Source of the DNA: Felis catus
Lineage: Eukaryota
Assembly: GCF_018350175.1 (NCBI RefSeq)
Contig: NC_058382.1
Location: forward strand, 60,390,001-60,454,000
Direction: 5' to 3'
DNA: 64,000 nucleotides
Shown: positions 58,064 through 64,000 of the stretch, piece after piece
Layout: each line of letters begins with the position of its first letter
How positions within the stretch are numbered: position 1 is the stretch's first letter
Made by a program: the position numbers and the translations under genes
The notes under the pieces: model-generated
The model's input: only the letters and a program-made list of their open reading frames with translations
Told to the model about the DNA's origin: nothing
The model's database searches: none

Positions 58064-59694
58064 CCCAGCTCTGTCCAGTCCCCCAGGCCCTCTGTCCAGT
58101 CCCCCAGGCCCTCTGTCCAGTCCCCAGGCCCTCTATCCAGTCCCCAGGCCCTCTGTCCAGTCCCCCAGCTCTGTCCAGTCCCCGGGCCCTCTGTCCAGCC
58201 CCCCAGCTGTTTGTCCAGTCTCCAGGCCCTCTGTCCAGTCCCCGGGCCCTCTGTCCAGCCCCCAGCTGTCTATCCAGCCCCCAGGCCCTCTGTCCATTCT
58301 CCCAGCTGTCTGTCCAGTCTCCAGGCCCTCTGTCCAGCCCCCCAGCTGTCTGTCCAGTCCCCAGGCCCTCTGTCCAGTCCCCGGCCCTCTGTCCAGTCCC
58401 CCAGCTGTCTGTCCAGTCTCCAGGCCCTCTGTCCAGTCCCCAGGCCCTCTGTCCAGTCCCCCAGCTGTCTGTCCAGCTCCCAGGCCCTCTGTCCAGTCCC
58501 CCAGGCCCTCTATCCTGTCCCCCAGCTGTCTGTCCCATCCTCAGGCCCTCTGTCCAGCCCCTCAGCTGTCTGTCCAGTCCCCCAGCTGTCTGTCCAGTCC
58601 CCAGGCCCTCTATCCAGTCCCCCAGCTGTCTGTCCAGTCTCCAGCCCCTCTGTCCAGTCCCCAGGCCCTCTGTCCAGTCCCCCAGCTGTCTGTCCAGTCT
58701 CCAGGCCCTCTGTCCAGTCCCCAGGCCCTCTGTCCAGCCCCCCAGCTGTCTGTCCAGCCCCCAGGCCCTCTGTCCAGTCCCCCAGGCCCTCTGTCCAGTC
58801 TCCCAGCTCTGTCCAGTCTCCCAGCTCTGTCCAGTCCCCCAGGCCCTCTGTCCAGTCCCCAGGCCCTCTATCCAGTCCCCCAGCTGTCTGTCCAGTCCCC
58901 CAGCTGTCTGTCCAGCCCCCCAGCTGTCTGTCCAGTCCCCAGGCCCTCTGTCCAGCCCCCAGGCCCTCTGTCCAGTCTTCCAGCTCTGTCCAGTCCCCGG
59001 GCCCTCTGTCCAGCCCCCCAGCTGTCTGTCCAGCCCCCAGGCCCTCTGTCCAGCCCCCCAGCTGTCTGTCCAGCCCCCAGGCCCTCTGTCCAGTCCCCCA
59101 GGCCCTCTGTCCAGTCCCCGGGCCCTCTGTCCAGCCCCCCAGCTGTCTGTCCAGCCCCCAGGCCCTCTGTCCAGTCCCCCAGGCCCTCTGTCCAGTCCCC
59201 GGGCCCTCTGTCCAGCCCCCCAGCTGTCTGTCCAGCCCCCAGGCCCTCTGTCCAGTCCCCCAGGCCCTCTGTCCAGTCTCCCAGCTCTGTCCAGTCCCCC
59301 AGGCCCTCTGTCCAGTCCCCAGGCCCTCTATCCAGTCCCCCAGCTGTCTGTCCAGTCCCCCAGCTGTCTGTCCAGCCCCCCAGCTGTCTGTCCAGTCCCC
59401 AGGCCCTCTGTCCAGTCCCCAGGCCCTCTGTCCAGCCCCCAGGCCCTCTGTCCAGTCCCCCAGGCCCTCTGTCCAGTCTTCCAGCTCTGTCCAGTCCCCG
59501 GGCCCTCTGTCCAGCCCCCCAGCTGTCTGTCCAGCCCCCAGGCCCTCTGTCCAGTCCCCCAGGCCCTCTGTCCAGTCCCCGGGCCCTCTGTCCAGCCCCC
59601 CAGCTGTCTGTCCAGCCCCCAGGCCCTCTGTCCAGTCCCCCAGGCCCTCTGTCCAGTCCCCGGGCCCTCTGTCCAGCCCCCCAGCTGTCTGTCC
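58064..59694. repeat. ~1.63-kb minisatellite (VNTR) of 18-21-bp variant units
   Basis: Interspersed units GTCCAG(T/C)CCCCAGGCCCTCT, GTCCAG(T/C)CCCCCAGCTGTCT and GTCCAGTCTCCCAGCTCT, roughly 80 units in total. Confidence 0.97.
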
Positions 59695-61692
59695 CCTCTG
59701 AGATCTGCTGGCAGGAGCCTCCCCTGTTGTCTCTCTCTTTCTCTTTCACTTGCCTCCCTCCCTCCCTCACGGCATTTATCATTTGCTGCTGTTTTCTGTT
59801 TGGGGCCCAGTGGGGCCGGAAGTCCCCTGCAGAGTCCAGGTGTGCCCGGCACCGCACCGCGGCCTCCTAGAGCGGTGTCTGCCCCACCTGTCGCCACACC
59901 AGGAACACTTAGCGTTCGTCACTGTCGAGGGCCACCATCTGCCCGTGACCAGGGAGGTGAGCTGAAACGCAGACACACCACCAGCTTGCCCACCTCCCTG
60001 CTCCATGGAAATTGCCAGATGGGGAAAGTCAGCCTGGAACCTCGGTCACAGTGCTGCTCGTTCTGTCGTAGCCTCGCGCGTCTCCGCTGCCAGGAGCCAG
60101 CTCCTGTGGCCCCTGATGGACGCTGACGCCAGGCTTCACCCCGGGGATAATATGGCAAAGGCGGGGAGTGAGTGAGGGCAGCAGGAAGAACACTAGGGCT
60201 TTGGTGAGAAGCCCCTGAAATGGCAAATTTTGGTCTCTGTTTTTCTGGGGAGAAGGCACTGGCTTTCACCACATTCCCCACGGGGGTCATGATGTACAAA
60301 AGGTCAGGAACCACCGGCCACAGAGGCACAGATCCCAGGCGAATCTCCATCTGCTGCTGCTTGCTTGCCTCCAGGGACGGGGAGCTCAGCCTCTGAGAGG
60401 TGGACGCTCCATTCCACATGCCTCAGGTGCCTTCTGTCTCCAATGCCAGCAAAAGCAAGCCCCATTCTGCCCCCCCCCCCCCCCCGCCGCCGTCGTGCGC
60501 TCCCATCACATGGATTTGCGGCTGTCTTCATGGCTTCCAGATGTTTCTTCCTGCTCGGTTTCCTCTTCCTCAGCGGCAAGAGGGCCTGGCTGCTGTGGGG
60601 TCTGTGGCCTGGGCCCAGAAGGGCACCCCCTCCATCCATCCTGAGTAGGAGGAGCAGGGGGAGGGTCTGTGAGTCAGGCCCCTCCCCCACGCCACACCCG
60701 GAGGACGGGCGTCATCTCTACGGTGACTGACAGGGTGGGGGGGCGGGGCAGGAGGCAGCTCGGCCCCAGCACCTGTCTCCAGCCCTCGGGGCCCAGGCTG
60801 AGTCAACCGGAAGGGGCCTGGGGAGCGGAATAAGGATGGGCACCTGTTCCCCATTGTCCCTCTGCCCGCCCCTCTGGACCCACTAGTCTGGCCTCAGGGA
60901 CACAGTTGCTGCCCTGAGCGGGGGCACCTTCGTGGCTCTGGCTTCCCCACTCTCCTGAGAGGTCTCTGGGCTGTGGGCCCACCTTGTTGGCTGTAAGGGG
61001 GGCTCTGTGGGACCCCCCCCTGCAGGAGCCTCCCGGGGAAGGTGGGATTGGAGTCAGGTGCCCCAGGCCTGCGGCTCTCCGCCCCCAGAGGCTGCAGACA
61101 CCTGTGCCCCCACCTGTGCCCCCTCAACCACTTATTCGCTCAGCCAGGTTTTCTGAGCACTTCCGTGCGCCGGACGCGGGGTCCACCCTCAAGCTCCCGA
61201 ACCTCGGTACCTGAGTGTGGGGGGCTTCTCGGAGGAGGTGTCCTGGGCCCAGGAGAGGGTTACCCTCTCGTCTCAGGGGCCCTGAACCCCCGGAAGAGAG
61301 TACCTATGGGTCAGGCGAGGGCTGTGCTTCATGCATGCAACCCCCAGAGGGCCCCCCCCCCCGGGCCAGAGGGGGCACCGCTGCTGCTCCCACAGCGTGG
61401 AACAGAGTTCAGGGGAGAGCACGCTGCCCCCAGTGCTGGGGAGACCAAGGAGGGGCTGGGACCACCGTCCTGGCGAGAGGGGCCCGTGGGCAGGCCGCGG
61501 TTGACGGGACAGCCGGGACGACCCCAGGTGCTGGGGCTGTCGCGGGACTGGGGCTGACGCAAGGGTGAAGTGTGCACAAGTCTTGGGGGCGCCCCCCACA
61601 GCCTCTCACCCTGCGGGGCGGCCGAGCCGGTGCCGGGAGGGGGTCAGGCCGCCCCACGGAGCCTTACGGATTCCCTTCGGGCTGTTGTGCAG

Positions 61693-61809
61693 GTTCCCTC
61701 GGAGACGTGGAGACCGCAGAAGAGGACGCCGGCCTCCCGGAGCAGGAGGCTGGAGCCGTGGGGCCCGAGGCCACGGGAGAGCCCGAGCCCCTGAGCCCTG
61801 CCAGTGCAG
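61693..61809 (+). CDS. ZFPM1: ZFPM1 coding exon 2 (117 nt, phase 1-1): (R)SLGDVETAEEDAGLPEQEAGAVGPEATGEPEPLSPASA
   Basis: Acceptor gttgtgcag|GT at 61692/61693 and donor CAG|GTGAGT at 61809/61810. Joins exon 1 in frame (C|GT = Arg) to give KRSLGD..., as in FOG-1. Confidence 0.9.
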
Positions 61810-62124
61810 GTGAGTCGCGGTGGGCGTGCCACGGGCCCGAGTCTGACCCCTGTGTCGCCCCCTCCCCCCCCCCACCGCATCCTTGCCTGTGACTTCACGG
61901 AGCCAGGTCCTTCTGGGACTCGGTTTCCTCACCCATGAAGTGGGTGTTAAGCTTGGCGGTGTCTGTGGGCCGACTGCTCCGCAGTTTCCCGCCAGGGCGC
62001 TGACGCCCCGGGGACACACGCCACTGGGCACGGGTCCAGCCCCTTCTGGTACCGATGGGGAGACGGAGACCCCGCTGGGGAGGTCTAGCCCAGGTCGTGG
62101 GCCACTGAATGACCTTGAGAAAGC

Positions 62125-62355
62125 CGTGCCCTCTCCAGCCTCACTTTGCCCTCTGTGGAACGGGGACAGTGAGTCCTTACGTGGCTGTGCCAGCAGCCTC
62201 AGCACACATGGTCTCAGTACATAGCAGGCTGTAAGGTAAGGTACGGCACCCCATTTTACACCCGAGAGAATGAGCCCAGAGAGGTTAAGAGGCTTGCCCC
62301 TGGACACACAGCCTGTAAGCACCCAGGCAGCGATCTGACCCCAGGTCTGGATTCA
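62125..62355. mobile_element. Adjacent oppositely oriented MIR fragments
   Basis: + strand cagcctcactttgccctctgtggaacgggg... followed by - strand cccattttacac..gagcccagagaggttaagaggcttgccc. Confidence 0.5.
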
Positions 62356-63219
62356 GGTTGATTTCCCTTCGTGCCCAATGCCTGCGCCCCCACCCCCACC
62401 CCAGGCACCTGGAACCTTTCTTTGGACCCTCCTGGTGGCAGTTTCGTGGGCCAGAGGTAGTGCTGGGGGGTGGGGTGCCTGGGCACGCGCTAACCGCCGG
62501 GAGGCCGGCTCTGGCCTCAGGGCGAGGGCGGCTTCCCTAGCGAGCTGTACCCCCGGGCCCCCCAGGGGGAGGGGGCTCGCTGAGGCCCTGGGGGCGGCCT
62601 GCTTTCCTGAGGAGAACACTCGGGTTGCGGGTTGCCAGACTAGTGGGGGTGTGGTCTGGTGCACCTCGCCCCGCCCCCACCCTGCTGCCCATGGCCCGTG
62701 ATCTTATCCCCATTCAGCACCTCGACGCCCTTGCACACGGAGGATGCGCAGAGAAGGGTGTCCCCGGGCGGCAGCACCTGCCCGTGCAAAGGCCCTGAGG
62801 TGGAATATGGCGAGTGGGCAGCAGCCTTCTGCGGGGTGGGGGTGGGGCCGGGGCACAGAGACCCCAGGCAGAGCACGGGGGACCCCCCCCACCCCCAGCA
62901 TCTCCCAGGCTCAGAGCATCATCGTCCCCCCTGGGATGGCCACAGGCCAGGAGTCCAACAAGCCTCGTGCTCTGAGACCTGGTGGCCCCTCGGTCCCTTT
63001 CCCCAGTGGCAGGCCCCTCAGGGGTGGCCCCTCGGCCCACCCAGAGACAGTGGCCGGGGTGCCGGGTCAGGGGCCCGGCCTCCGGTGCTGGCTCTTGTTC
63101 ATTATTACTATCTGCCCCTCATCATCCGCATCATGTCTGTCCCCGGGGCCCGTGCTCCTGCCCTGCCTGAGCCTCGGCCGCTGGGTCTGGGCGGCCGAGC
63201 CTGTGGCAGTGCGCCCGGG

Positions 63220-63920
63220 GCCCCCTTATCGCCACCGCCATCACCACCGCTGTTAGGTGCTGTGTGCTAATGGGGGCGCCCCGATCTACCAAAGGGCAAG
63301 TGGCTGTTACTGGTGGACTTTGACCCCGGTGGCTTTCCAGGGGAGCCGGGCCCCTTATCTGATCTGCTCGCTGGGGCTGCACGGGGTGGGTGGGGGCGGG
63401 GCCGGGGAAAGAGCTGGAAAAAACAGCCGGGGTTGCACCTGGCACAGGCCGCGGTGATAACGCAGCGATGGGCGAGATAAGGCGGCGGGGAGCGAGCTCT
63501 GCCTCTCGGGCGGGCCCAGCGCGGCTCCCGCGCGATGGCTGGGGCTCGAATGCCAGCCGCGTTGATTTATAGCCAAAAATAATAGGACTTTTATACTGTG
63601 TGATTGATTTATTTGATGTTAATCACAGCCCTTATCTTGGGTATTAATAATCTGCCGGGCGTGTGACGTCACCAAGGGGGGGCTTTTATGGGAGCTCATC
63701 GATTGGGGGCTGCGTGGTTATCAGGCTCAGCAGGGAAGGCAAATATGCCCTTTGGGCTGGACCCGGGTGCCGGGCCCGGCTGGAGGGGCCCCCAGCTGCC
63801 GGTGAAGGAGACCAGGGAGCCTGCACGGCCGCCCGCTGGCCTGGGTGTGCCCGTGAGGCCACCCTGCCCTCTAATTATTAGCGGCCCCTGGAAGAGCAAT
63901 TGTTGCTGCAATTAATGAGG
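63220..63920. promoter_or_regulatory. GATA/homeodomain-rich candidate enhancer in ZFPM1 intron 2
   Basis: CTTATCG (~63225), CTTATCT (~63354, ~63630), TGATAA (~63455), AGATAA (~63475), TTATCA (~63718), CRE TGACGTCA (63664-63671), TGATTGAT/TGATTTAT (PBX-HOX-like) and an AT-rich core. Confidence 0.65.
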
Positions 63921-64000
63921 GGATGAGGGGCTCTGAAGGCCAAGGAGAAAACTGAGGTGTCTGTGCCCCCATTAGCGCAAGCCCGGTGTGGAGGGACCTC

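Noticed and set aside
58064..59694. CRISPR-like array
   Set aside because: There are no unique spacers between repeats, the context is eukaryotic, and no cas genes are present.
57639..60126. Long ORFs (740, 569, 329, 299 aa) with PQALCPV/PSVQSP/GLDRGPG repeats
   Set aside because: They arise because the minisatellite units contain no stop codon in most frames. They have no ATG start in good context, drift between frames with unit length, and lie in an intron.

Overview
This is a GC-rich mammalian (eutherian) genomic window containing the ZNF469-ZFPM1 locus, with both genes on the + strand. It holds a probable 67-nt non-coding ZNF469 exon (9804-9870) and the giant ZNF469 coding exon (ATG 12536 to TAA 23886). 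In this sequence that exon is split by a frameshift between about 15627 and 15720. Downstream lie the ZNF469 3' UTR with miR-29 sites, a perfect CTCF motif between the genes, the ZFPM1 (FOG-1) CpG-island promoter, and ZFPM1 coding exons 1 (33536-33575) and 2 (61693-61809). The 28-kb ZFPM1 intron 1 carries several dense GATA-motif clusters, a mirror-symmetric Sp1/CCAAT/octamer cassette, old MIR/L2/L1 fragments and a 1.6-kb E-box-rich minisatellite with higher-order structure. Almost all other ORFs in the track are GC-content or repeat artefacts. I recognised no Alu, B1/B2, CAN-SINE, Bov-tA or PRE-1 elements, so I cannot assign the species. Gene identities come from my recall of the human proteins, not from a database search. 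I found no clearly new gene system. The best leads are the ZNF469 frameshift, a uORF whose stop overlaps an in-frame ZNF469 ATG, the symmetric intronic promoter-like cassette and the minisatellite.
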